The translations under genes and the position numbers were made by a program. The notes under the pieces were generated by a model, which was given only the letters and a program-made list of their open reading frames with translations, was not told the DNA's origin and made no database searches. Positions 32,601 through 41,521 of a DNA stretch of 64,000 bases are shown here, piece after piece. The DNA lies in contig JASJBI010000061.1 of NCBI GenBank assembly GCA_030066595.1, positions 346 through 64,345 on the forward strand, in the 5' to 3' direction. Each line of letters starts with the position of its first letter. Position 1 is the stretch's first letter. This DNA comes from Alphaproteobacteria bacterium. Its GTDB lineage: Bacteria > Pseudomonadota > Alphaproteobacteria > JAJFFI01.

Positions 32601-33080
32601 CTAGTACTGCCGGCTGCCTGAGTCCAAGAGCTCCAGCGCGCGCTCCCAGGAGATCGGGATGTCCTCGCGATCGATCGCCACCCGGGCGAAACGCGCGGCC
32701 TCGAGCGCCCCGCCCGCCTCTCGAATGGCGGTCTGATGCGCCGCACTCTCGACAAACGCGATCAGGCTCGCTTCGTCGGCCCAGACGGTCATCGTCCAGG
32801 CCTGGTTGCCGAAGAGCTGCCTGCGCATCGCGTACCCAACCAAGCCCTCCCGCCCCTCGAGTGAGGCCTCGACCCGGCCGACGTTCGCCCAGAAAACCGG
32901 GCGCCTTTCGCCATCTGCGCGCAAGACGGCCTCGGTCAGGGAAACGACGACCTTGCCCTCACCCTCCAGGGTGACGCCCTTGTTGGGGTCGTAGCCGGGT
33001 CCGCGAAAGGGTGTGGAGATGGCGCACCCGCCCAGGACGAACGCGCACAGGGCTGCGACGGAAAGACGGAGCGTGGCCAT
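32601..33080 (-). CDS. Lipoprotein with ABM (antibiotic-biosynthesis-monooxygenase)-like domain, hypothetical
   Basis: Lipobox VLGGC; C-terminal WTMTVWADEASLIAFVESAAHQTAIREA resembles the ABM/Dabb fold. Confidence 0.5.
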   Translation of the reverse strand: MATLRLSVAALCAFVLGGCAISTPFRGPGYDPNKGVTLEGEGKVVVSLTEAVLRADGERRPVFWANVGRVEASLEGREGLVGYAMRRQLFGNQAWTMTVWADEASLIAFVESAAHQTAIREAGGALEAARFARVAIDREDIPISWERALELLDSGSRQY

Positions 33081-33128
33081 GCGCGATCCCCTAGGCGCTC
33101 CGTCGGGCGGGCGGGTTTCGGCCGGGCG

Positions 33129-33590
33129 TCATCGCGCCAGCCGCACCTCGAGGCGCACGGCCCCGCCCTCGGCCAGCTGGAACGCCGCCTCCTCGAAGCG
33201 CGGAGCGCGAAAGGTCGGACGGACGTTATTCGACACGCCCCAGGCCTCCTCGGGGATCCCGAGAAAGTTGGTGTCCGTCTTGCGATTTCCGTTGAGATCG
33301 TGCGAGACCGCGACCGCGTACCAGCCCGAGGTCAGGCCCTCGAAGCGACACTCCGCGCCCCCGCGCTGAACGTCGAGCCACACGGTTGTGGCCCTCGACG
33401 CGTCGAGCGGGAAGCCGTCCGGAGCGGCGAACAGCGCGCAGCCGATCTGTCCGCTATCGGTCTCGGCACCGGAGATGACAGCGGTGATGTCTCCGGTCAG
33501 GGCGGGCCCGGCGTCGGATGCAACGGCGGATCCCGGTACGGCGAGCGCCAGGACAGGGACGAGCTTTCGGGCAACAGCGGCGGCAAACAT
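33129..33590 (-). CDS. DUF2141 family secreted protein (paralog 1)
   Basis: Signal peptide; HDLNGNRKTDTNFLGIPEEAWGVSNN is the DUF2141 signature; paralog at 59611-60078. Confidence 0.6.
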   Translation of the reverse strand: MFAAAVARKLVPVLALAVPGSAVASDAGPALTGDITAVISGAETDSGQIGCALFAAPDGFPLDASRATTVWLDVQRGGAECRFEGLTSGWYAVAVSHDLNGNRKTDTNFLGIPEEAWGVSNNVRPTFRAPRFEEAAFQLAEGGAVRLEVRLAR

Positions 33591-33745
33591 GTCACGACTC
33601 CCTGAGTTGACAGTGTCAACTAAGATAACCGATGCAGGTAGACGCTGTCAACTTCTCGAAAGCACCCACTGGTCTTGAGATGCCTTCACGCCACTGGTGT
33701 TTGCAGTGATCGTCGAGCGTAGCGCGGCGACCTTGAGCCCGCGCG

Positions 33746-35527
33746 TCAGGCCGGCACGCCTGCCTTGCGCAGGCCGAGCACCATGCGATCCAGGTCCGCG
33801 CGGTCCGCATAGGGCAGAATCCTGAGCCGCCGGTCGAGCGAATAGTCGGGATTGATCTCCAAGACCCTGGACCACTCGGCTCGGGCCTCCGCTATCCGGC
33901 CCAAATGGCCGAAGCAGGCCGCCAGCAGCACCCGTGAAATGTCGCTCTCGGGCTTCCGGACCAGGCGCCGCTGCAAGGCGGAAGCCGCCTCGTCGTACCG
34001 CTCCAGCATGAAGTAGATCTGGCCCAGGAAATGCAGCCAGAGGTCCGGATAGTGCGGATCGAGGCGCATGGCCGTCTCGATCCTTTCCAAGGCTTCGTGC
34101 GAATTGCCGGCATAGTGCAACGCGGACGCATGCACGGAGTAAGCCAGCGCGCTGTTGGGATCCAGGTCCAATGCCCTTTGCGCTTCCGCGATCGCGCGCT
34201 CGAGCTGTTTGCCCCACATGAAGACGAGGCTCATGGCGATATGGGGCAATGGGTCGGAGTCATCCAGCTCGAGCGCCTTTTGCGCAAGCTCGCGCGATCG
34301 CTCTGCGGATCGCTCGGGCGCCTCGCTCCAGCGGTTGATGTATTCGAGCGTGCTCACCAACGACAGCATCGAATACGCGGCGGCGAAGCCGGGATCGAGC
34401 TCAGTTGCCCGTTCAAACATGGCAACCGCGCGGGCCGCCTCTTCCTTGTCGGTCCGCCAGGCGCGCTCGCGCCCGCGAAGAAACCAGTCATAGGCTTCCA
34501 GGTTCCCTGTCCCTTTGCGCTCGGAGCGACGGTGCTCGCCCTTGGTGAGGCTTACCTTCAGGGCGCCGACGATTTCGCCCGTGACCTCGTCCTGAACCGC
34601 GAAGATGTCGGTCAGAGCGCGATCATAGCGCTCCGCCCAGATATGCCCGCCCGTGGTGCCGTCGATCAGCTCGGCACTGATCCGCACCCGGTCAGCGGCT
34701 TTACGCACGCTGCCTTCGAGGACATAGCGCACGCCGAGCTCGCGGCTCACCTGTTGAACGTTCGGTGACGTGTCCTTGTAGGCGAAGCTGGAGTTGCGTG
34801 CGATGACGAAGAGACCTGAGATCTTCGAGAGGTCGATGATGACGTCCTCGCTGATGCCGTCGGAGAAATATTCCTGTTCTGGATCGCCGCTCAGGTTGCG
34901 GAAGGGCAGGACGGCGATTGACGGCCGATCGGGGAGCACGCGCCGTTCAGCCGGCGCGACGTGCCCTGCCGTCGATTGTCCTGTGTCGGGGCTCCAGCGC
35001 CATACGCGCACCGGACGCGCGATGTTCTTGACCGCGTGATCCCCGCCATCGACGAAGGCATGATCGAGCTTACCGGCGACGCTCTCGTGCACGAGCCCCG
35101 AAATCGCGACCCCGCCGGGCTCGGCCAGGCCCTCCAGCCTGGCGGCGATGTTGATGCCGTCCCCGTAGAGGTCAGCCCCCTCGACGATCACGTCCCCCAG
35201 GTGGACACCGATGCGGAGGACCATGCGTTCGGGTCCGGAATCGGCGGCATTTCGGTCGGCCAGCGCGCTCTGTACCTCGACGGCGCACTGCACGGCGTCC
35301 ACCACGCTTCCGAACTCGGCCAGCATGCCGTCGCCCATAAGCTTGACGATGCGGCCCCGGTACTGGACCACCTGGGGGTCGATCAGCTCGGCCCGGAATT
35401 CCTTGAGGCGCGCGAGCGTACCCGCCTCATCCGTCTCCATCAGGCGGCTGTAGCCCACCACGTCGGCGGCAAGGATGGCGGCGAGCCTGCGTTCTACGCG
35501 CTCAGGTGCCACTTGGGCGTCTCCCAC
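33746..35527 (-). CDS. Class III adenylate/guanylate cyclase with C-terminal TPR repeats
   Basis: CHD domain LAAILAADVVGYSRLME...KLMGDGMLAEF...GINIAARLE, then multiple TPR-like repeats; 593 aa. Confidence 0.85.
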   Translation of the reverse strand: MGDAQVAPERVERRLAAILAADVVGYSRLMETDEAGTLARLKEFRAELIDPQVVQYRGRIVKLMGDGMLAEFGSVVDAVQCAVEVQSALADRNAADSGPERMVLRIGVHLGDVIVEGADLYGDGINIAARLEGLAEPGGVAISGLVHESVAGKLDHAFVDGGDHAVKNIARPVRVWRWSPDTGQSTAGHVAPAERRVLPDRPSIAVLPFRNLSGDPEQEYFSDGISEDVIIDLSKISGLFVIARNSSFAYKDTSPNVQQVSRELGVRYVLEGSVRKAADRVRISAELIDGTTGGHIWAERYDRALTDIFAVQDEVTGEIVGALKVSLTKGEHRRSERKGTGNLEAYDWFLRGRERAWRTDKEEAARAVAMFERATELDPGFAAAYSMLSLVSTLEYINRWSEAPERSAERSRELAQKALELDDSDPLPHIAMSLVFMWGKQLERAIAEAQRALDLDPNSALAYSVHASALHYAGNSHEALERIETAMRLDPHYPDLWLHFLGQIYFMLERYDEAASALQRRLVRKPESDISRVLLAACFGHLGRIAEARAEWSRVLEINPDYSLDRRLRILPYADRADLDRMVLGLRKAGVPA

Positions 35528-35618
35528 GGCGACGCAAGATTCGATTTGCGGATGTTAGCAGCGGGCCTCGGTGAGACAAGACCCGAACCCGAGGCGCACT
35601 TCGGGGCCGGCGTGGGCG

Positions 35619-36404
35619 CTATGGTGCGCCAGCCTTGGCCCTCCGCAGCATCGCCAGAAAGCGCCAGACCGCGGCCGCCCCGACCAAGTGCTTGAGCGTG
35701 TGACCGCTGACCGCGCCGCCTAAGGCGGCAAAGACCTCTGTGTCGAGGGCCTCAAACAGCGAGGCCAGCGCGAACAGCAGCAAGGCCTCCAGAGCAAAGC
35801 GGAAGCGGGTGACCCGGCCCGGGAAGAGCGCGCAGAGGATCGGGATCCCCAGGATCGGAAAGGCCTTGGTCAGGGCATAGAGGCGCAGATCGTCGCTCGC
35901 CGCCCAGACCCAGACGCTGACCACGCCAAAGGCCAGCAGGCCGGGGAGTAGGTACGCGACGCCGAGCCGAAGGTCGATCCGGTCGGCGACGAAGGCGGCC
36001 ACGAGGCTCATGAAGGCAACCGTCATGGCCAGGCGGTCCCAGAACAGCGTGCCGTCGCGGGGCGCGAGGTGGTACCAGGCGGAGCCGGCCGCGATCAGTG
36101 CCGCGCCAGCAAAAAACACCATCCAAGGCAGCGCTGCGCGCCGGTCCGGAAACAGGATGCGGCCTCTCTCGCCCAACAGAAAGGCGAGCCCGACGACGCC
36201 CACGACGACAAAGGCCAGGTTCGAGGCCACGTCGCCGAAATTCGGGATGCCGAGCCAGGCGCGCTTGTCCGCAAAGTCGTGATAGGCCTGGTTCTGGGCC
36301 AGCGGCGGCAGCGCAAACGTGGCCCCCAACAACAACAGCCCCAACGCCCAGACAAACGTACTCCGTGCCCCTGCGGGCAGCGTTCGTATGCGGTCCAGCA
36401 TCAC
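35619..36404 (-). CDS. Ceramidase-domain-like polytopic membrane hydrolase (hypothetical)
   Basis: 7 TM with NQAYHDFADKRAWLGIPNFGDVASNL resembling bacterial alkaline-ceramidase-family proteins; assignment from memory. Confidence 0.55.
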   Translation of the reverse strand: MMLDRIRTLPAGARSTFVWALGLLLLGATFALPPLAQNQAYHDFADKRAWLGIPNFGDVASNLAFVVVGVVGLAFLLGERGRILFPDRRAALPWMVFFAGAALIAAGSAWYHLAPRDGTLFWDRLAMTVAFMSLVAAFVADRIDLRLGVAYLLPGLLAFGVVSVWVWAASDDLRLYALTKAFPILGIPILCALFPGRVTRFRFALEALLLFALASLFEALDTEVFAALGGAVSGHTLKHLVGAAAVWRFLAMLRRAKAGAP

Positions 36405-37303
36405 CCCACCACGTCCTCCGAATCACCGGCCAGTTCGTCCAGGATCCAGGCGCGGAACGCCGCGATCTTTGGCTGGTCGAGGCGATCGGTCGGAAAGACC
36501 AAGTAGTAGGCACTTTCGCCGGGCAGTTCGAAGTCGAACGGCTCCACCAGCCGCCCCTGCTTGAGGTCCTCGGACATCATCCAGCGGTCGCCGATGGCCA
36601 GTCCGAGGCCGCCCGCGGCCGCCTCGAGGGCGAGTGCGGAGCTCGGGAACTGCGGGCCCTTTTCCGGGTCCACGCCGACGACCCCGGCCGCGGTGAGCCA
36701 CATGCGCCAGTCGTCGATGCGGGCGATCACATGCAATAGCGTGTGATGCACTAGGTCCTCAGGCTTTTCCAGCGGGACGTCCCCCTCGAGCAGCGCCGGG
36801 GAGCACACCGGAAACAGCTCCTCGCAAAAAAGCTTGTCCCTGTGCAGGCCGGGCCAATCGCCCTTGCCATAGCGGATGCCCAGATCGACGTCGGAGCGGG
36901 CGAAATCGACCGGCTCGATCGACGTGCTCAGGCGGACTTCGATGTCCGGATGGCGCTTGCGAAAGCGGGACAGACGCGGCACCAGCCAACGGATGGCAAA
37001 TGTGGGCACCAGGGTGATGGCGAGCTGACCGCTGTCCGAGCCCGCGGCGATGCGGTGGCTCGCCGCCGCAATCTCGGAAAAGGCGGCCTGCAGCGGCGGC
37101 AGATACGCCGCGCCGTCGGCCGTCAGCACCACCTTGCGATTGAGCCGGCGGAACAGCTTGATCTGGAGATGGTCCTCCAGGCTGCGGATCTGGTGGCTCA
37201 CCGCCGAGGGCGTGATGTGGAGCTCGTCGGCCGCGCGGCTGAAACTGCCCAGCCGACCGGCCGCTTCGAACACCCGGAGCGCGTTCAAGGGCGGCAGACG
37301 CAT
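36401..37303 (-). CDS. LysR family transcriptional regulator (GcvA/AmpR-like)
   Basis: LPPLNALRVFEAAGRLGSFSRAADELHITPSAVSHQIRSLE. Confidence 0.9.
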   Translation of the reverse strand: MRLPPLNALRVFEAAGRLGSFSRAADELHITPSAVSHQIRSLEDHLQIKLFRRLNRKVVLTADGAAYLPPLQAAFSEIAAASHRIAAGSDSGQLAITLVPTFAIRWLVPRLSRFRKRHPDIEVRLSTSIEPVDFARSDVDLGIRYGKGDWPGLHRDKLFCEELFPVCSPALLEGDVPLEKPEDLVHHTLLHVIARIDDWRMWLTAAGVVGVDPEKGPQFPSSALALEAAAGGLGLAIGDRWMMSEDLKQGRLVEPFDFELPGESAYYLVFPTDRLDQPKIAAFRAWILDELAGDSEDVVG

Positions 37304-37312
37304 GATCTGTAT

Positions 37313-37451
37313 TCACTTGAATCTCATTCAATTGAAGGGTGAAAAACTGTCGTTTGTCAAGATGCCACCCAAAGATTAGCTTGGGTATCAGAGGGAACAT
37401 ACGCTCCGGTGTATGAGGGCTCCTTGAGTGAATGAATTTCACTCACTTGAA
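37313..37451. promoter_or_regulatory. Divergent promoter region with repeated TTCA-N2-TGAA palindromes (LysR-type boxes)
   Basis: ttcacttgaa (37313-37322), perfect palindrome ttcaattgaa (37327-37336), GAGTGAAtgaatTTCACTC inverted repeat (37426-37444), cacttgaa (37443-37450). Confidence 0.4.
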
Positions 37452-37469
37452 ACATTGAGGAGACAAGAT

Positions 37470-37706
37470 ATGACGGCCATGCCCCTGCAAAATGCCCATA
37501 TTCGCCGTTACCGGATCTCCGAGCTCGAGCCCGAATCGATCCGGCGAACGCCAGAAGGCGCCATCGACCTGGACTACTATCTGACCCGCGCCCATCAGGC
37601 CCGCGGTCGCGCCGTCCGGGGTGCCTTCCGCAAGCTGGTGGGATTGCTGACCCGGCGTCCCGCACCAGCGTCGCGCCCGCTGGGCCGCCTTGCCCCCTGT
37701 GGCTGA
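37470..37706 (+). CDS. Small hypothetical protein (78 aa) with strong RBS
   Basis: GAGGAGA Shine-Dalgarno 6 nt upstream of ATG 37470; divergent from the LysR gene; no family recognised. Confidence 0.35.
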   Translation: MTAMPLQNAHIRRYRISELEPESIRRTPEGAIDLDYYLTRAHQARGRAVRGAFRKLVGLLTRRPAPASRPLGRLAPCG

Positions 37707-37803
37707 CCGGCCACTCCCCTTGAGCCCCCCTTTGGGATGACGTAGTAAGGGCGCCCGACAGGAAACGTCGGGCGCCCCTTTTTTTCGAGGAGAGTCGAGC
37801 GCC

Positions 37804-38310
37804 ATGGCCGCTGACGATGTTTCGGGACGCTCGCGGACGATCACCTGGCAAGACCCGATGCCCGTCGGCGACGCCGCCAGGGACATGAGCGGCCTCGATT
37901 TCCTGCGCCAGATCGCGTCAGGCCAGCTGCCCCCGCCGCCCATCTCGGAAAGCCTGGACTTCTACCTCGACAGGGTGGAGGAGGGTTTTGCGGTGTTCAT
38001 CTGCACGCCGGCCGAGCACCACTACAACCCGATCTCGGTCGTGCACGGCGGCCTGGCCGCGACGCTGATCGACAGCGCCACCGGCTGCGCCGTGCACTCG
38101 ACCCTGCCGAAAGGTCACGGCTACACCACGATCAACATCTCGGTCGATCTGCTGCGCGCCATCACCACCGCCACTGGCCGCATGCGCTGCGAAGGGCGGG
38201 TGGTGCATCGCGGATCGCGCCTGGCCATCGCCGAGGGCACGCTGATCGCCGAAGAGGCGGACAAGGTGCTCGCCCGCGGCCAGACCACTTGTATGATCTT
38301 TCCACCATGA
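37804..38310 (+). CDS. PaaI-family hotdog thioesterase
   Basis: NPISVVHGGLAATLIDSATGCAV carries the HGG motif of PaaI/4HBT class II thioesterases. Confidence 0.8.
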   Translation: MAADDVSGRSRTITWQDPMPVGDAARDMSGLDFLRQIASGQLPPPPISESLDFYLDRVEEGFAVFICTPAEHHYNPISVVHGGLAATLIDSATGCAVHSTLPKGHGYTTINISVDLLRAITTATGRMRCEGRVVHRGSRLAIAEGTLIAEEADKVLARGQTTCMIFPP

Positions 38311-38816
38311 CCGAGGCGACCCCCATCATCCGCGAGGCGCATGGCGCGGCCGATCTGGCCGAGGTGCGCGAGCTGTTCCTGGAATACGCCCGCTCGCTCA
38401 ATTTCTCTTTGTGTTTCCAGGGCTTTGATGAAGAGCTCGAAAGCCTGCCCGGGCGCTATGCGCCGCCGCGCGGCCGCCTGCTGCTGGCCGAGGTTGGCGG
38501 CAAGTATGCCGGCGGCGTCGGCCTGCGCCCGGTCGACCGGCCGGATGCCTGCGAGATGAAGCGGCTGTATGTCCGCCCGGACTTTCGCGGCTTGAAGCTC
38601 GGCCGGCGGCTCGCCGAAGCGGTCATCGGGGTCGCGCGCGAGATCGGCTATCAGGAGATGGTGCTGGACACGATCGAGAGCATGGAAGAGGCCGGCGCGC
38701 TATACCAGAGCTTGGGCTTCCGCGAGATCGCGCCCTATTACGACAACCCGCTCGAGGGGGTCCACTACTTCGGGCTCGACCTTTTGGCGCCCGCCACCTC
38801 CCGCCCCCACCGCTGA
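38307..38816 (+). CDS. GNAT family N-acetyltransferase
   Basis: RLYVRPDFRGLKLGRRLAE acetyl-CoA-binding motif A; ATGA overlap with the preceding thioesterase. Confidence 0.8.
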   Translation: MTEATPIIREAHGAADLAEVRELFLEYARSLNFSLCFQGFDEELESLPGRYAPPRGRLLLAEVGGKYAGGVGLRPVDRPDACEMKRLYVRPDFRGLKLGRRLAEAVIGVAREIGYQEMVLDTIESMEEAGALYQSLGFREIAPYYDNPLEGVHYFGLDLLAPATSRPHR

Positions 38817-38891
38817 GCGTCCGTGCGCTAGACCCCGTCTTGTAAAGGCCGGGACCGCTCGCTACCTTGCGCGGCTCGGAGGGAGCAGCGC

Positions 38892-39950
38892 GTGGTCAGC
38901 TACGAAATTGCCGTGATCCCCGGCGACGGGATCGGACATGAAGTGGTGCCCGAAGGCCTGCGCGTGCTCGAGGCGGCCGGCGCCAAGTTCGGCCTTGCCT
39001 TCTCTTGGTCCGAGTTCGACTGGAGCTGCGAACGCTACGCCGAGACAGGCCGCATGATGCCGGAGGACGGGCTCGACCAGCTGGCGGGGTTCGACGCCAT
39101 CTATCTCGGCGCGGTGGGCTACCCGGGCGTACCCGACCATGTCTCCCTCTGGGGCCTGTTGATCCCGATCCGCAGGCATTTCGGACAGTACGTCAACCTG
39201 CGCCCGGTGCGTCTGCTGCCCGGCATCGCCTCGCCGCTCGCCGGCCGCGGGCCCGCCGACATCGACTATGTGGTGGTGCGCGAGAACAATGAAGGCGAGT
39301 ATTCCGAGATCGGCGGCCGTCTGTACCAGGACACGCCTCAGGAAATGGCCACCCAACTCGCCATCTTCACGCGAGCGGGCGTCGACCGGATCCTGCGCTA
39401 CGCCTTCGATCTGGCGCGCGGACGGCCGGGCAAGCACGTGACCTCGGCGACCAAGTCGAACGGCATCATCCACACCATGCCGTTCTGGGACGAGCGCTTC
39501 CGCGCGGTCGCCGCCGACTATCCCGACGTTGCGACGGCGCAGTACCACATCGACATCCTGGCCGCCCATTTCGTGCAGCATCCCGACTGGTTCGACGTGG
39601 TCGTGGGCAGCAACCTCTTGGGCGACATCCTGTCCGACCTCGGCCCGGCGACCGCCGGCACCATCGCCGTCGCCCCCGGCGCCAACATCAATCCGGACCG
39701 GTCGGCGCCCTCGATGTTCGAGCCGGTGCACGGCTCGGCCCCGGATATCGCGGGCCGCGGCATCGCCAACCCGATCGGCCAGATCTGGTCGGGCGCCATG
39801 ATGCTGGACCATCTGGGACATGAGGATGCGGGCGCCGCCGTCGTCGGCGCCATCGAGCGGGTCCTGGTCGAGAGCGATCTGCGCACGCCGGACCTCGGCG
39901 GCACTGCGACCACGGCCGAGATGGGCCAGGCCATCGCGGCGGCGGTCTAG
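38892..39950 (+). CDS. Tartrate dehydrogenase/decarboxylase-type isocitrate/isopropylmalate dehydrogenase family enzyme
   Basis: IAVIPGDGIGHEV, NLRPVR, VVRENNEGEYS, GSAPDIAGRGIANPIGQI; 352 aa. Confidence 0.85.
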   Translation: MVSYEIAVIPGDGIGHEVVPEGLRVLEAAGAKFGLAFSWSEFDWSCERYAETGRMMPEDGLDQLAGFDAIYLGAVGYPGVPDHVSLWGLLIPIRRHFGQYVNLRPVRLLPGIASPLAGRGPADIDYVVVRENNEGEYSEIGGRLYQDTPQEMATQLAIFTRAGVDRILRYAFDLARGRPGKHVTSATKSNGIIHTMPFWDERFRAVAADYPDVATAQYHIDILAAHFVQHPDWFDVVVGSNLLGDILSDLGPATAGTIAVAPGANINPDRSAPSMFEPVHGSAPDIAGRGIANPIGQIWSGAMMLDHLGHEDAGAAVVGAIERVLVESDLRTPDLGGTATTAEMGQAIAAAV

Positions 39951-39953
39951 CGC

Positions 39954-40430
39954 ATGGACGTGCCCGTCAATCCCGGTATCGAAGCCCTTTACCTGGAGGA
40001 CTTCCAGGTGGGAAACCGCTACCGCTCGCCCGCGATCACGGTGACCGAGCGGCAGATCATCAGCTATGCGCTCGATTACGACCCGCAGGCCTTCCACATC
40101 GATGTCGAGGCCGGGCGCGCGCATCCCTTCGGCCAGGTCTTCGCCAGCGGGCTGCACACGCTGGCGCTGAGCTTTCGCCTGTTCGCCGAGAGCCGGGTTC
40201 TGGCGGCCTGCGCCCATGCCGGGATGGGCATGGACAAGCTGCGCTGGCGCAAACCGGTCATGCCGGGCGACACCCTGCACCTCGAGCTCGAGGTGCTGAG
40301 CGCCCGGCCGTCCGACAGCCGGGCGGGCCTCGGCATCCTGGTTCTGCGCCACGACACCGTGAACCAGGACGCGGCGCTGGTGCTGACGCTGGAGTGCACC
40401 CACATGATCAAGCGCCGGCCGCCCGGCTGA
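39954..40430 (+). CDS. MaoC-like (R)-specific enoyl-CoA hydratase / hotdog dehydratase
   Basis: 158-aa hotdog with a MaoC dehydratase pattern; 4 nt after the tartrate dehydrogenase stop. Confidence 0.8.
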   Translation: MDVPVNPGIEALYLEDFQVGNRYRSPAITVTERQIISYALDYDPQAFHIDVEAGRAHPFGQVFASGLHTLALSFRLFAESRVLAACAHAGMGMDKLRWRKPVMPGDTLHLELEVLSARPSDSRAGLGILVLRHDTVNQDAALVLTLECTHMIKRRPPG

Positions 40431-41043
40431 GCGGCGCCGCATCGGGGGCAGGCCCGGGCGTCGTTGCCGCGGCGGGCGCAGAGAGGTGCAGGACCTCCCA
40501 GCCGACGAGATCGGCGGCGGCCGGGATTTCGGCGACCTCCGCGCTTTCCCATAGGCTGAACCGAATGCCGGTCCAGCCGGAGGGATCCAAGGCACTGACC
40601 CAGCCCCGCAAGCCGGGGCGATCCTGGATGAGCGCCAGTTCCGCCTGCTCGGCAGCCGTCACCTGCCGAAGATCCAGGGTCTCGGGGAGCGGCAGGCTCT
40701 CCTTGAGCGCAAAACGCGGCGGCGGCCCGGCGTCGTTGAACGCCGCCGCGACGACCAGCCAGGTCTGAACGGTGGGCCGGCCGAAGCTCTCGACGATGCC
40801 GGCAAAGCCCTGCCCCAACAGGAACGCCCGCGCCGCCGCGAGGGAGTCCCAGACATAGAAAGAGGCGTACTCGTTGGCCGCCCGCCCAAGGGCGTGGGCG
40901 GTTTCGATGTCTCTGGCCAGGAAAGCCTTGCGGCGCAATCCCGGTAGCTCATCGTAGGCCGACCCCTTGGCCGCCACCCGGTTGCGGATCTCGGCCATGT
41001 CGAACGAGCGGGGCAAAGGAATGCGGTATTGCATGGCGAACAT
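40408..41043 (-). CDS. DUF4865-like hypothetical protein
   Basis: MFAMQYRIPLPRSFDMAEIRNRVAAKG N-terminus resembles DUF4865 family members (from memory). Confidence 0.5.
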   Translation of the reverse strand: MFAMQYRIPLPRSFDMAEIRNRVAAKGSAYDELPGLRRKAFLARDIETAHALGRAANEYASFYVWDSLAAARAFLLGQGFAGIVESFGRPTVQTWLVVAAAFNDAGPPPRFALKESLPLPETLDLRQVTAAEQAELALIQDRPGLRGWVSALDPSGWTGIRFSLWESAEVAEIPAAADLVGWEVLHLSAPAAATTPGPAPDAAPLSRAAGA

Positions 41044-41082
41044 GGCTGTCCTCTCCGATCGACACGTGGATGCGTCGGGCGT

Positions 41083-41403
41083 TCACGCGGCGCGGCGGAT
41101 GACCCGATCGTGGGTGGTGGCCGGCCGGTCTGCTGCCTGGAAGCCGGTCTTGCGGTGGGTTGCGACCGGCGACCGGCTGGTGGCAGTCGCCCGCCCGCCG
41201 GTGCGGGCAGCCAGGGCGGCCGGGCTCGTGGGGCGCCGCGACTGGGCCCGACCAACGCCGACGGCCGCCGCGCGGATGGTCCGCCCCAGCGCCCGGACCC
41301 AGCGGCCGATCCTGCTCGGCCCTGAGGGAGCGAAGATCTCTGCTTCGGAGGGCACGTCGATGCGTGCGGCCAGGGCGATGCTGCGTGTCAGTATATCCAA
41401 CAT
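41083..41403 (-). CDS. Questionable small ORF (106 aa) between DUF4865 gene and LysR gene
   Basis: ORF only; C-terminal half is Ala/Arg-rich low complexity typical of spurious high-GC frames. Confidence 0.2.
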   Translation of the reverse strand: MLDILTRSIALAARIDVPSEAEIFAPSGPSRIGRWVRALGRTIRAAAVGVGRAQSRRPTSPAALAARTGGRATATSRSPVATHRKTGFQAADRPATTHDRVIRRAA

Positions 41404-41521
41404 GGCTCATCTCCAGTGTTGAATTATGTTTTGTCTATGGCGTAGATTTACAGAGTAGAATCAATCCATACAAACGACTATTTTTCAAAATATAAGTTAG
41501 TTTTATTAAGGCATCTCAGAT

